Below, piece after piece: positions 28,899 to 38,925 of a stretch of DNA of 64,000 nucleotides. Every line of letters begins with the position of its first letter. The stretch's first letter is position 1. Made by a program: the position numbers and the translations under genes. The notes under the pieces are model-generated. The model worked only from the letters and a program-made list of their open reading frames with translations, ran no database searches and was not told where the DNA came from. The DNA comes from Alphaproteobacteria bacterium (GTDB taxonomy: Bacteria > Pseudomonadota > Alphaproteobacteria > SPJN01): assembly GCA_965227065.1 (NCBI GenBank), contig CBDDFN010000019.1, positions 6,731-70,730 on the forward strand, written 5' to 3'.

Positions 28899-30238
28899 TT
28901 ACGCGGTGTGGCCCAAAAGCCGGGCCCGCGCCCGCTTGTAGCCCATGAGTATTAACAAAGGCCCAAGCTCGGGTCCATGTTTTTCCCTGTCAGCGCCAGA
29001 CGCAGCGGCATGAACAGTGCCTTGCCCTTGCGGCCGGTCTGATCTTTCAGCGCGGCGGTCAGCTCACCCCAGCTGTTTTCGCCCAGCTCTTCAGGCAAAA
29101 GCCCGGCGGCGGCCTGGGTCAGTTCCTCATCTTCAATGACCGGTTCCACGCCACCGGCCACCACCGGCCACCAGTCTTTGGCGTCGCTCAGCGCATCAAT
29201 ATTGGCGCGGACGAGATCCCAGAACGGCTCCGCCATCTCGCCATCAATGCCCATCCCGGCAAGCCGGTCGGCCACCGCCTCAAACGGGGTCTGGTGAAGC
29301 AATTTGGTGTTGAGCGCATCAAGCTCAGCCTCGTCAAAACGGGCAGGCGAGCGGCTGAGTTTGGAAAACTCAAAGCCATTGACCAAGGCGTCCAGCGAGC
29401 TTGCCGGTTCAATCGGATCAGACGTGCCGATCTTGGCCAAAAAGCTTGTCACCGCCAAAGGCTCAAGTCCGCGTTCGCGGAACGAGCGGATGGCGAGCGA
29501 GCCAAGCCGCTTGGACAGCCCCTCACCTTGCGCGCCGGTCAGCAGCGCATGGTGAGCAAAGACCGGCGGGGTGCCGCCCAGCGCCTTGATAATGGCAATC
29601 TGGGTTGCGGTGTTGGTGACATGATCTTCGCCGCGAATGACGTGGGTGATACCGAACTCAATATCGTCAATGACGCTGGGCAGCGTATAAAGCGGCGAGC
29701 CATCGGCGCGGATCAGCACCGGGTCCGACTGGCTGGTCAGATCAACGCTTTTAGGCCCCTGGATCAGATCATCCCATTCCACCGTCTCGGCGGGCAGCTT
29801 GAAGCGCCAATGGGGCTGCTTGCCGTCGGCCTCAAGCGCGGCGCGGTCCTCAGCGCTGAGCTTGAGGGCAGCCCGGTCATAGACCGGCGGACGGCCGCTC
29901 GACAGCGCAACCTTGCGCTTGAGCGACAATTCTTCAGGCGTCTCATAACAGGGATACAGCAGACCCCGGCTTTTAAGATCTTCAATCACACCGTCATAAA
30001 CGTCGAGCCGGTCGGACTGCTTGACCTCACGGTCAGCCGTAAGACCCAGCCAGGCGAGATCCTCGCGGATCGCGTCGGCATATTCGACCTTGGAGCGTTC
30101 AGGATCAGTATCGTCAAAGCGCAGCAGGAAGGTCCCGCCCAGCTTGCGCGCAACCAGATAGTTGATCAGCGCGGGGCGCAGATTGCCGATATGGATATAG
30201 CCCGTCGGTGAAGGGGCAAAACGGAGAACTGGGCTCAT
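28899..30238 (-). CDS. gltX: glutamate--tRNA ligase with an apparent -1 frameshift at the extreme C-terminus
   Basis: Class I motifs PSPTGYIHIGNLR and (K)LSKR. The called ORF ends ...LRLALTGKNMDPSLGLC at 28952. The adjacent frame reads EKHGPELGPLLILMGYKRARARLLGHTA to a stop at 28899-28901, matching the conserved GluRS tail (HGPEL..LL..LG). One g appears to be missing from a G-run at ~28973-28976. Confidence 0.85.
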
Positions 30239-31911
30239 GACTTGTCCTTTCGGCGCGCATCGCGGAAACCGTTCACAATCGGGTAGCGGCGGTCACGGCC
30301 AAATTGCTTCTGGCTGACCTTCACCCCCGGAGCGGCCTGACGGCGCTTATATTCAGCGATATAGAGGAGATGTTCGACCCGCGCCACAATGTCGAAATCA
30401 AACCCTTGCGCGGTGATCTCCTCGACACTCATTTCATTTTCAATCAGCCCTTCAAGGATGGCGTCCAGCACCTCGTAAGGCGGCAGCGAATCTTCGTCTT
30501 TTTGATCTTCCCGCAGCTCAGCGGTTGGTGGTTTGGTGATGATCCGCTCAGGGATCACCATACCTTTGGGGCCAAGCGCGCCATCGGGATGATTTTTATT
30601 GCGCCAGTCCGACAGGGCAAAGACCTGACATTTGTAAATGTCTTTGAGCGCATTGTAGCCACCGGCCATATCGCCATAAAGCGTGGCATAGCCCACCGAG
30701 ACTTCCGATTTGTTGCCGGTGGTCAGAACCATGGCGCCGAATTTGTTGGACAGCGCCATCAAGGTCAGGCCGCGCACCCGCGACTGGATGTTCTCTTCAG
30801 CCACATCGGGCGCCTGATTGCCGAAGGCGGGTTTGAGCATTTCGGCAAAGGCCATGACGGCCGGTTCAATCGGCACCGATGAATAGCGCACGCCGAGCAT
30901 CTGGGCGCATTGTTCGGCATCGGTGAGAGAATCGGAACTGGTATAGCGGTAGGGCAGCATGACCGTTTCAACCCGGTCCGCCCCCAGCGCATCAACGGCC
31001 ACCGCCGCGGTCAGCGCGGAATCTATGCCGCCCGACAGACCCAGCAGAACGCCGGGGAAGCGGTTTTTTTCGACATAGTCGCGCAGTCCCAGAACCATGG
31101 CCTGCCAGATGGCGGCCAGACCGGTTTCGTGGGGTTCCATCACACCGGGTTCGGGCACCAGAACCTCACCCGACCGGTGAAGGGTGATGGTCGCCACCTC
31201 TTCACGCCAGTCGGCGAAGCGGTGGGTTTGGGTACCGTCAGGCGCAACGACAAAGCTTGTGCCGTCAAACACCAGCTCATCCTGACCGCCGATCTGATTG
31301 ACATAGACCAGCCCCAACCCGGTCTCACCCACCCGGTCGGCAACCACTTTGGCCCGTGCGCCGGGCTTGGTGCGGTCAAAAGGCGAGCCATTGGGTGACA
31401 CCAGAAGTTCCGCCCCCAGATCCTTCAGGTGGCGGCACACATCGAGGTACCAGATATCTTCGCAGACCGGCACGCCCAGCCGCACACCGCGCAATTGGAT
31501 GGGTTCAGGCAGCGGGCCGGAATCAAAAATGCGGATTTCATCAAAGACGCCGTAATTGGGCAGGAAATGCTTGGCGCGCATGGCCTGAATTTCACCGCCA
31601 TCAAGTGCCAGCACCGCATTGAACCGCTTCCCGCCCTCCATAACGGGGCAACCGAGCAAAACCGCAGGCCCGCCATCGCCGGTGTCACAGGCCAGCGCTT
31701 GCGCAGCATCCCGGCACGCGTCCAGGAATGCGCCCTTCATCACCAGATCTTCGGGCGGATAGCCGGAGATAAACAATTCGGGGAACACGACAATATCGGC
31801 GCCTTGCGCGTGCGCGGTGGCGCGCGCGGTGCGGGCAAGGTCCAGATTGTGCGAAACCGCACCCACCGTCGGATTGAGCTGGGCAAGCGCGATCTTGATC
31901 GTGTCAGTCAT
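30235..31911 (-). CDS. nadE: glutamine-dependent NAD+ synthetase
   Basis: N-terminal nitrilase (CN-hydrolase) domain plus a C-terminal NAD-synthetase PP-loop (LGLSGGIDS). Start at MTDTIKIALAQLNP. It overlaps the gltX start by 4 bp. Confidence 0.92.
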   Translation of the reverse strand: MTDTIKIALAQLNPTVGAVSHNLDLARTARATAHAQGADIVVFPELFISGYPPEDLVMKGAFLDACRDAAQALACDTGDGGPAVLLGCPVMEGGKRFNAVLALDGGEIQAMRAKHFLPNYGVFDEIRIFDSGPLPEPIQLRGVRLGVPVCEDIWYLDVCRHLKDLGAELLVSPNGSPFDRTKPGARAKVVADRVGETGLGLVYVNQIGGQDELVFDGTSFVVAPDGTQTHRFADWREEVATITLHRSGEVLVPEPGVMEPHETGLAAIWQAMVLGLRDYVEKNRFPGVLLGLSGGIDSALTAAVAVDALGADRVETVMLPYRYTSSDSLTDAEQCAQMLGVRYSSVPIEPAVMAFAEMLKPAFGNQAPDVAEENIQSRVRGLTLMALSNKFGAMVLTTGNKSEVSVGYATLYGDMAGGYNALKDIYKCQVFALSDWRNKNHPDGALGPKGMVIPERIITKPPTAELREDQKDEDSLPPYEVLDAILEGLIENEMSVEEITAQGFDFDIVARVEHLLYIAEYKRRQAAPGVKVSQKQFGRDRRYPIVNGFRDARRKDKS

Positions 31912-32010
31912 GGCGCTTCCCATAGCGTGCGCGGTGCCATTCAACAAGCATGCTTGTCCGTGACACTCTATCCCGACTAGGCTTGCGCGTCCGATTCAGG
32001 GGGAAAATCA

Positions 32011-33012
32011 ATGGTCAAAGCGCAAAAATGGGTTCTGGCGGAACGTCCGCAGGGCATTCCGGGGCCCGGTTGTTTCTCGCTGGAGACGTTCGAGGCCGAC
32101 GCGCCGCAAGGTGGCCTGCTGGCACAAACGCTTTATTTTTCGATCGATCCGGGGATGCGCTCACGCCTGTCGGGCGACAGCTATTCCGCCGCGCTTGAAC
32201 TCGGCGAGGTAATCGAAAGCGCGGGCATCGCCCGGGTGATCGAAAGTCAAAATAAGCGGTTCTCAGTTGGCGATCTGGTCATGGCGGGAACCGGCTGGCA
32301 AAGCCATATCGCCTCATCGGGCAAGGCGCTGGTCAAGCTCGACCCGGCGCTGTTTCAAGACAAGCTCAGCCTCACCGCCGCCATCGGCGTGCTCGGCATT
32401 CCCGGCCTCACCGCCTATTTCGGTCTGCTGGATCTGGGATCGCCGCAGGAGGGCGAAACATTGTTGGTGTCATCGGCGGCGGGAACCGTCGGCGCAACCG
32501 CTGGCCAGATCGGCAAGCTGAAAGGGCTGACCGTGGTCGGGCTGGCGGGGTCTGATGACAAATGCGCTTATTTGAAAGCGCTTGGCTTCGATGCGGCGAT
32601 CAATTACCGGACCGATGATCTGGAAGGGGCCATCCGGGCGGCCTGCCCCCAAGGTGTCGACATCTATTTTGATAATGTCGGTGGGGAGATGCTCGATACC
32701 GCGATCACCTGCATGACCCCCAAGGGCCGGATCGTGATTTCCGGCGCGATGAGCGAATATAATCGCGACCGCCCCCGCGGCATCCGCAACACGCTGCATT
32801 TCATCACCCATCGGCTGCGCATGGAGGGGCTGGTGGTCTTTGACTATGTCAAAGACTTCCCTAAAGCCCAGATGGAGATGGCAGGCTGGATCCAGTCCGG
32901 CGCGCTCACTTATTCAGAAGAGATCATTGAGGGGATTGCGCATGCCCCTTCCGCCTTTGCCGGATTGTTTGACGGCAGCCCGGCTCATGGGCGGCGGATC
33001 ATCAAGCTATAG
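32011..33012 (+). CDS. NADP-dependent oxidoreductase, MDR superfamily (YncB / leukotriene B4 dehydrogenase-like)
   Basis: 333 aa with a Rossmann motif SSAAGTVG in the correct position for this zinc-free MDR family. Confidence 0.8.
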   Translation: MVKAQKWVLAERPQGIPGPGCFSLETFEADAPQGGLLAQTLYFSIDPGMRSRLSGDSYSAALELGEVIESAGIARVIESQNKRFSVGDLVMAGTGWQSHIASSGKALVKLDPALFQDKLSLTAAIGVLGIPGLTAYFGLLDLGSPQEGETLLVSSAAGTVGATAGQIGKLKGLTVVGLAGSDDKCAYLKALGFDAAINYRTDDLEGAIRAACPQGVDIYFDNVGGEMLDTAITCMTPKGRIVISGAMSEYNRDRPRGIRNTLHFITHRLRMEGLVVFDYVKDFPKAQMEMAGWIQSGALTYSEEIIEGIAHAPSAFAGLFDGSPAHGRRIIKL

Positions 33013-33037
33013 GGTTCAAGCCACTGCGCGTGGGCCT

Positions 33038-33090
33038 GCATCCCGGGTTAGCCGCGCGGCATTGCATGCTGCACAGCACCCGGGATGACG
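33038..33090. repeat. single REP-like hairpin module (copy E) between convergent genes
   Basis: GCATCCCGGG ... CCCGGGATGAC with a ~30-nt loop. The terminus CCGGGATGAC matches the repeat family at 10104, 41781, 48779 and 54710. Confidence 0.55.
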
Positions 33091-33117
33091 GAACGAAGAA
33101 GATGCCCGCCCGCCGCC

Positions 33118-34488
33118 TTACTCGGCAGCAGCCTTCTGGCGCTCGGCCTTGAGGCCCTCGGCAATCAGGAAGCTCAACTCCAGGGCCTGGCTGGCGTTCA
33201 AGCGCGGATCACAATGGGTGTGATAGCGGCTTGAGAGATCATCGTCAGACACGGCGGCCGCGCCACCAGTGCATTCGGTGACATCCTTGCCGGTCATTTC
33301 AAAATGAACACCACCGGCATAGGAGCCTTCGGCCTGATGGATGGCGAAGAACTCGCGCACTTCACTCAAAATCTGATCGAACGGCCGGGTTTTGTAACCC
33401 GTTGAGCTTTTGATCGTGTTGCCATGCATGGGATCGCACGACCAGACGACTTTCTTGCCTTCGCGCTCAACCGCCTGAATGAGTTTGGGCAGATGATCAC
33501 CCACCTTGCCCGCGCCGAAGCGGCAGATCAGCGTCAGCCGGCCCGCTTCATTGGCCGGGTTCAGAATGTCGATCAGCTCAAGCAGTTCGTCAGGCGCCAG
33601 CGAAGGGCCGCACTTCATGGCAATCGGATTGTCCACACCGCGCAGAAACTCGACATGGGCATGGTCGGGCTGACGGGTCCGGTCTCCGATCCACAGCATG
33701 TGGGCTGAGGTATCATAGGCTTTTCCAGTCAGCGAATCCGTCCGGGTCATCGCCTCTTCATACCACAGAAGCAGCGCTTCATGGCTGGTGTAGAATTCGG
33801 TCTGCCGCAGCATGGGCGCGGTTTCCGAGGTGATGCCGCAGGCTTCCATGAAGCCCAGCGCCTCGGAAATCTGGTCAGCAAGCTGGGCGTAGCGTTCTGC
33901 CTTGCCATTGCCGACAAAGCCCAAATTCCACGCATGGACCTTGTGCAGATCAGCATAGCCGCCGGTTGCGAAGGCGCGCAGCAGGTTGAGCGTTGAAGCG
34001 GCCTGGGTATAGGCGCGCAGGATACGCTCCGGATCGGGGATGCGGTCGGCTTCGTTGAAGTCGATACCGTTGATAATGTCACCCCGGTAGCTCGGCAATT
34101 CCTGCTCGCCCTTGGTCTCGGTCGCAGCCGAACGCGGCTTGGCGAACTGTCCGGCCATGCGGCCGACCTTGACCACCGGGCATTTGGCGCCCCAGGTCAA
34201 AACCACGGCCATCTGCAACAGCACGCGGAACGTGTCGCGAATATTGTCGGGATGGAATTCCGCAAAGCTTTCGGCGCAGTCCCCGCCTTGCAGCAGGAAA
34301 GCGCGCCCCTCGGCCACTTCGCCCAGATGGGCTTTCAGCGCGCGGGCCTCACCGGCAAACACCAAGGGCGGATAGGACCGCAAAGCGCCTTCGACGCCAT
34401 GCAGCTTCGCCTCATCGGTATAGTCCGGAACCTGCAGGATCGGTTTTTTCCGCCAGCTGTCCGGGGTCCAGTTTGCCGTGCTCATCGC
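33118..34488 (-). CDS. class II 3-deoxy-7-phosphoheptulonate (DAHP) synthase
   Basis: ~456-aa AroA(II)-type enzyme. The N-terminus [24 protein letters not shown] and the [11 protein letters not shown] motif are characteristic. Confidence 0.9.
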   Translation of the reverse strand, partial: AMSTANWTPDSWRKKPILQVPDYTDEAKLHGVEGALRSYPPLVFAGEARALKAHLGEVAEGRAFLLQGGDCAESFAEFHPDNIRDTFRVLLQMAVVLTWGAKCPVVKVGRMAGQFAKPRSAATETKGEQELPSYRGDIINGIDFNEADRIPDPERILRAYTQAASTLNLLRAFATGGYADLHKVHAWNLGFVGNGKAERYAQLADQISEALGFMEACGITSETAPMLRQTEFYTSHEALLLWYEEAMTRTDSLTGKAYDTSAHMLWIGDRTRQPDHAHVEFLRGVDNPIAMKCGPSLAPDELLELIDILNPANEAGRLTLICRFGAGKVGDHLPKLIQAVEREGKKVVWSCDPMHGNTIKSSTGYKTRPFDQILSEVREFFAIHQAEGSYAGGVHFEMTGKDVTECTGGAAAVSDDDLSSRYHTHCDPRLNASQALELSFLIAEGLKAERQKAAAE

Positions 34489-34526
34489 ACACTCCTGTTT
34501 GTGGGGCAGCAATTGCGCTGCCGGTC

Positions 34527-34556
34527 AAAATTGCGCGGGTTATAGCCGCGCAGAAC
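34527..34556 (-). terminator. candidate intrinsic terminator downstream of gor
   Basis: On the minus strand the sequence reads GCGCGG-ctataac-CCGCGC followed by AATTTTGACC. Confidence 0.3.
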
Positions 34557-34696
34557 AAATTCTGCAAACCTGCGATTTGCGATCTCTTCCTTGCGCTCAT
34601 GCGGTCGGACCTGCGGTCCTGCGCTGCGCGGGGCAAGGCGCAAAACTGCGCCGGGCGCTCAATGCATCAGTTTCGACTGTGCTACGCCCTTAAATA

Positions 34697-36082
34697 TTAC
34701 TCCGCGGCGGCCTTGTGGGTCGAGGCGACCGGTTCGCGCATGGTCACAAGCTCTTCAGCAGCCGTGGGGTGCACAGCGACCGTCTGGTCAAATTGCGCCT
34801 TGGTTGCGCCCATTTTCACCGCAATGCCGATGGCCTGGATGATCTCACCCGCGTCAGGGCCGACAATGTGACAGCCAAGCACCTTGTCGGTCTTTTGATC
34901 GACAATCAGCTTCATCATCATTTTTTCATCCCGGCCCGACAAAGTGTGCTTCATCGGCCGGAAGGTGGAGCGGTAAATATCCACCGCATCCTGACAATGC
35001 ACCCGCGCTTCGGTTTCCGACATGCCGACCGTGCCAACCTGGGGCTGGGAGAACACAGCCGTGGGGATCAGCTCATGATCGGGCGCAGTGGGATTGGCTT
35101 TAAACCGCGTCTCGACAAAGGCCATGCCTTCCTTGATCGCCACCGGGGTCAGCGCCACCCGGTCGGTGACATCACCGACGGCATAGATGTGATCGGCGCT
35201 CGTTTTGGAATAGGCATCAACCAGAACCGCACCGTCCTCGTCACACTCGACGCCAGCTTCATGCAGACCAAGCCCCAGCGTGTTGGGCTTGCGGCCAGTG
35301 GCATACATAATCTCGTCAGCCTCGATCACGCTGCCATCTTCAAGCGTCGCGACAAGCCCCGTCTGTGTTTTTTCAATCCGGGCGATATTGGCCGAGGTGC
35401 GGACATCCACGCCTTTCTTGGCCATCTCGGTATGGACCAGCGCGCGAACATCATCATCAAAGCCGCGCAGGATTTCCGGGCCGCGATAGATCAGCGTCGT
35501 CTCAGCGCCAAGACCGTTGAAAATGCCAGCAAATTCCACCGCAATATAACCACCGCCCACCACAATGGCGCGCTTGGGGAAGGTTTCGAGATGAAACGCC
35601 TCGTTTGAGGTGATGGCATGCTCAATCCCCGGCACATTGGCGGGCTTGAACGGTGCGCCACCAGTCGCAATCAGGAATGTATCGGCGGTCACTTCCTCGC
35701 CGCTTTCGGTCAGCACCACGGTGCGGCTGTCTTTGAACTCAGCGCGCGATTGATGGATGGTAACGCCAGAGGCTTCCAGATTGCGGATATAGATGCCGTT
35801 CAGCCGGTCGATCTCTTTATCCTTGTTGGCAATCAGGACGGGCCAGTCAAAACGCGTTTCGCCGACCGTGTGGCCATAGCCTTTGGCGTCTTCAAACTCT
35901 TCATGAAAGTGGCTTGCATACACAAACAGCTTTTTCGGCACGCAGCCCCGAATGACGCAGGTGCCGCCCACCCGATATTCCTCGGCAATGCCGACACGCG
36001 CGCCGGTGGCGGCCGCCATACGCGCGGCACGCACGCCGCCTGAGCCCGCGCCAATCACAAACAGATCGTAATGAAGAGCCAT
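34697..36082 (-). CDS. gor: glutathione-disulfide reductase
   Basis: FAD motif DLFVIGAGSGG, redox-active disulfide GGTCVIRGCVPKK, and a C-terminal dimerisation domain with an HP pair. 461 aa. Confidence 0.88.
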   Translation of the reverse strand: MALHYDLFVIGAGSGGVRAARMAAATGARVGIAEEYRVGGTCVIRGCVPKKLFVYASHFHEEFEDAKGYGHTVGETRFDWPVLIANKDKEIDRLNGIYIRNLEASGVTIHQSRAEFKDSRTVVLTESGEEVTADTFLIATGGAPFKPANVPGIEHAITSNEAFHLETFPKRAIVVGGGYIAVEFAGIFNGLGAETTLIYRGPEILRGFDDDVRALVHTEMAKKGVDVRTSANIARIEKTQTGLVATLEDGSVIEADEIMYATGRKPNTLGLGLHEAGVECDEDGAVLVDAYSKTSADHIYAVGDVTDRVALTPVAIKEGMAFVETRFKANPTAPDHELIPTAVFSQPQVGTVGMSETEARVHCQDAVDIYRSTFRPMKHTLSGRDEKMMMKLIVDQKTDKVLGCHIVGPDAGEIIQAIGIAVKMGATKAQFDQTVAVHPTAAEELVTMREPVASTHKAAAE

Positions 36083-36093
36083 CAGAAACGTCC

Positions 36094-36798
36094 CTAGGCT
36101 TGAATGATTTCGGTGTCCCCGCCCCGCCCGACAATGAGCGTGCTGGCCAAACCGAGAAACAGGCCATGATCCACCACACCGGGCAGGGTGGACAAGAACG
36201 ATGCCAAGCCTTCAACATCGCCGATCCGGCCAAACGAACAATCGACGATATAATGTCCGCCATCGGTCAGAAAAAGGCCGCCATCGGCATTTTTGCGATA
36301 ACTCACGGCAATGTCACCGCCGGGGCCGAAGGCGGGAATGGTTGCTTTGATCTTGTCCGCCGTGACGCCCGCGCCAAACGGCACGATTTCAATCGGCAGC
36401 GGAAAGGCACCCAAAGTTTCAACCTGCTTGCCGCTATCGACGATCACCACCATGGCGTCAGAGGCCGCCGCGACAATCTTTTCGCGCAACAAAGCCCCGC
36501 CACCACCCTTGATCAGACGCATTTGCGGATCAGCCTCATCAGCGCCATCAACGGTGACCGCCAGACGGCCCGCCTCTTCCAGCGTGGTGAGCGGAATGTT
36601 GAGCGATGTGGCGAGTTCGGCGGTTTTTTCCGAGGTCGGCACGCCGGTGATCTTAAAGCCCTCGGCCACCCTGGCGCCCAGCCCCTTGACGAATTCTTCG
36701 GCTGTCGAGCCGGTCCCCAGCCCGATGATCGTGCCTTCCGTGATAAAATCCAGGGCCTTGAGGCCGGCGGCCACTTTTTCTTGGGCAGCACTCATCAC
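36094..36798 (-). CDS. rpiA: ribose-5-phosphate isomerase A
   Basis: The GLGTGSTA and DGADE motifs are present. 234 aa. Confidence 0.92.
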   Translation of the reverse strand: MMSAAQEKVAAGLKALDFITEGTIIGLGTGSTAEEFVKGLGARVAEGFKITGVPTSEKTAELATSLNIPLTTLEEAGRLAVTVDGADEADPQMRLIKGGGGALLREKIVAAASDAMVVIVDSGKQVETLGAFPLPIEIVPFGAGVTADKIKATIPAFGPGGDIAVSYRKNADGGLFLTDGGHYIVDCSFGRIGDVEGLASFLSTLPGVVDHGLFLGLASTLIVGRGGDTEIIQA

Positions 36799-36816
36799 GG
36801 CGGCTCCTTCAAAATG

Positions 36817-37785
36817 TTAGAGGATCGGCAGGGTCCGGCCGATCTGGAGGAATTTCTCGCGGCGCTGGCGCTTGAGATCATCAGGGCTTTGACCGCACAG
36901 CTCATCCAGCGCGCGTTCAATAAATTTGCCGACCCCGTCCAGCATGGCATCACTGTCGCGATGCGCGCCGCCAATGGGTTCGGGGATGATGTCGTCAATG
37001 ACATGAAATTCCATCAAATCCTGCGCGGTCACCCGCATGGCCGAGGCGGCATCTTCGGCCCGGCTGGCATCGCGCCACAGGATCGAGGCGCAGCCTTCCG
37101 GCGAAATCACCGAATAGGTCGCGTGCTCCAGCATATAAACCCGGTCACCGGTGGCGATGGCCACCGCCCCGCCCGAGCCGCCCTCGCCGATCACCACGGT
37201 CACGATCGGCACGCCAAGCTGGAGGCATTTTTCGGTTGAGCGTGCAATCGCTTCGGCCTGCCCGCGCTCTTCCGCGCCAAGGCCGGGATAGGCACCCGCC
37301 GTGTCCACCAGCGTGATCACGGGCAGATTGAAGCGGTCAGCCATTTCCATCAGACGGACGGCCTTGCGGTAGCCTTCGGGCCGGGCCATGCCGAAATTGT
37401 GCCGGATGCGGCTTTCGGTATCGTCGCCCTTTTCATGGCCGATCACCACGACCGACTGGCCGCGAAACCGGCCCAGACCACCGACAATCGCCTGATCTTC
37501 GGCAAAATAACGGTCGCCCGCGAGCGGTACGAATTCCTCGATCAGGGCGCGGACATAATTTCTGAAATGGGGGCGCTCTGGATGGCGGGCAACCTGGGTT
37601 TTTTGCCAGGGCGTCAGCCGTTTGTAGAGCTCATTGAGCTGCTGGGCGGCCTTGCCTTCCAGCCGGACGACTTCGTCTTTGACATTGATGGTCTGGTCAG
37701 AGCCTGAGCCCGATAATTCCTTGAGTTCGCGGATTTTCGCTTCAAGTTCGGCAATTGGCTTTTCAAAGTCGAGATAGGTCGCCAT
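36817..37785 (-). CDS. accA: acetyl-CoA carboxylase carboxyltransferase subunit alpha
   Basis: Starts [18 protein letters not shown]. The crotonase-fold carboxyltransferase domain is present. 323 aa from the ATG at 37785. Confidence 0.93.
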   Translation of the reverse strand: MATYLDFEKPIAELEAKIRELKELSGSGSDQTINVKDEVVRLEGKAAQQLNELYKRLTPWQKTQVARHPERPHFRNYVRALIEEFVPLAGDRYFAEDQAIVGGLGRFRGQSVVVIGHEKGDDTESRIRHNFGMARPEGYRKAVRLMEMADRFNLPVITLVDTAGAYPGLGAEERGQAEAIARSTEKCLQLGVPIVTVVIGEGGSGGAVAIATGDRVYMLEHATYSVISPEGCASILWRDASRAEDAASAMRVTAQDLMEFHVIDDIIPEPIGGAHRDSDAMLDGVGKFIERALDELCGQSPDDLKRQRREKFLQIGRTLPIL

Positions 37786-37894
37786 TTTTGAGCCCCGATA
37801 CCCCGGAGCCTCCCCATTACGCGCGTGAACTGCATTGATGGCCTCTCGCCTGAGCGGTGTCAACAAAGCGAGGTAATGGCGGGCCTGCTCATTT

Positions 37895-37935
37895 TGTCAC
37901 AAACTCCCCGTCACAAATAAGCGAAGGCCCGCGTC
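37895..37935 (+). promoter_or_regulatory. ECF41-type promoter (TGTCACA-N16-CGTC) upstream of the membrane / CMD / ECF41-sigma operon
   Basis: TGTCACA at 37895-37901, then a second cGTCACA at 37909-37915 followed by exactly 16 nt and CGTC at 37932-37935. A GAGGAGG RBS at 37966-37972 precedes the ATG at 37979. Confidence 0.6.
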
Positions 37936-37978
37936 ATAAGGGGCGGATGGCCAGAAAAGAGGAGTTGAGGAGGCTGTC

Positions 37979-38416
37979 ATGAAGGAAAAAACCGGCATGA
38001 ACGAAAAAACAGGCATCTGGATCCTGGGCGGACTGGCCATCATATTGGGCCTCAATGGCCTTTATATGCTGATCGACCCGATTTTGTGGTTTGACACCAC
38101 ACCCGGCGTCAAACGCTCCGGCGCGCCCAACACGCACTTTATCCGCGATATCGGCATTATCTATTTCGAGATTGCGGTGCTGATAGCTGTGGCGATCCGC
38201 TACGCCCATTTGCGCTTTGCCTTGCTGATGGCAGGCGGCGGCTGGCTGCTGGGCCACGCCGTCTTCCATTTTGTCGAGGCAAGCTGCGGGATCATCACCT
38301 GGTCGCAATTCCTGATTGATATTCCCGGCGTGATTGTACCGGGGCTTCTCGTCCCGCTCCTCGCCCTGGCACTCCCGCCCCCCAAAACAGGAGACAGTTC
38401 ATGTTTAAATGGCTGA
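37979..38416 (+). CDS. hypothetical 4-TM membrane protein (first gene of the ECF41 operon)
   Basis: 145-aa hydrophobic ORF with a strong RBS. It overlaps the next gene by 16 bp. Confidence 0.6.
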   Translation: MKEKTGMNEKTGIWILGGLAIILGLNGLYMLIDPILWFDTTPGVKRSGAPNTHFIRDIGIIYFEIAVLIAVAIRYAHLRFALLMAGGGWLLGHAVFHFVEASCGIITWSQFLIDIPGVIVPGLLVPLLALALPPPKTGDSSCLNG

Positions 38417-38925
38417 CCAAACGCGCCACCACCAAATTTGAACGCCAAATCCGGGTCGATCTTCCTTACGTCCATGAAATGGCGGAACTTGCCCCATCAG
38501 TGTCATGGAAAATGATGCTGATGCGTCCGGCCATGTATCACCGGAAAATCGTGGCACGCGATGTTTGGCACCTTGCCCAGCTTGCTGCGGTGATGGCTGA
38601 GGATTGCGGACCGTGCGTGCAGATCGCGATCAATCTCTCGCTGTATGACAAGGTTGACCCCGCGCTGCTCAAGGCTGCCCTTGCGGGCGGGACAGAGCTG
38701 AGCGGCGATCACCGACTGGCCTTTGATTATGGTCACGCGGTCGCCACATCGGGCCCCGGCATGCTGGAACTGATTGAGCAGGCCGAACACAGATGGGGCC
38801 GCGAAGGGCTGATGGAACTCGCACTTGCAGTCGCCTATGCCGGGGTCTATCCCCGCCTCAAACGCGGTTGGGGTTACGGCCTTGCCTGTGCCAAAGTCGA
38901 GTTTGAGCTGCCTCAAGCCGCATGA
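38401..38925 (+). CDS. carboxymuconolactone decarboxylase / AhpD-like family protein (COG2128-type)
   Basis: 174 aa with an EDCGPCVQI motif (CxxC). Its position immediately upstream of an ECF41 sigma factor is the conserved ECF41 genomic context. Confidence 0.5.
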   Translation: MFKWLTKRATTKFERQIRVDLPYVHEMAELAPSVSWKMMLMRPAMYHRKIVARDVWHLAQLAAVMAEDCGPCVQIAINLSLYDKVDPALLKAALAGGTELSGDHRLAFDYGHAVATSGPGMLELIEQAEHRWGREGLMELALAVAYAGVYPRLKRGWGYGLACAKVEFELPQAA

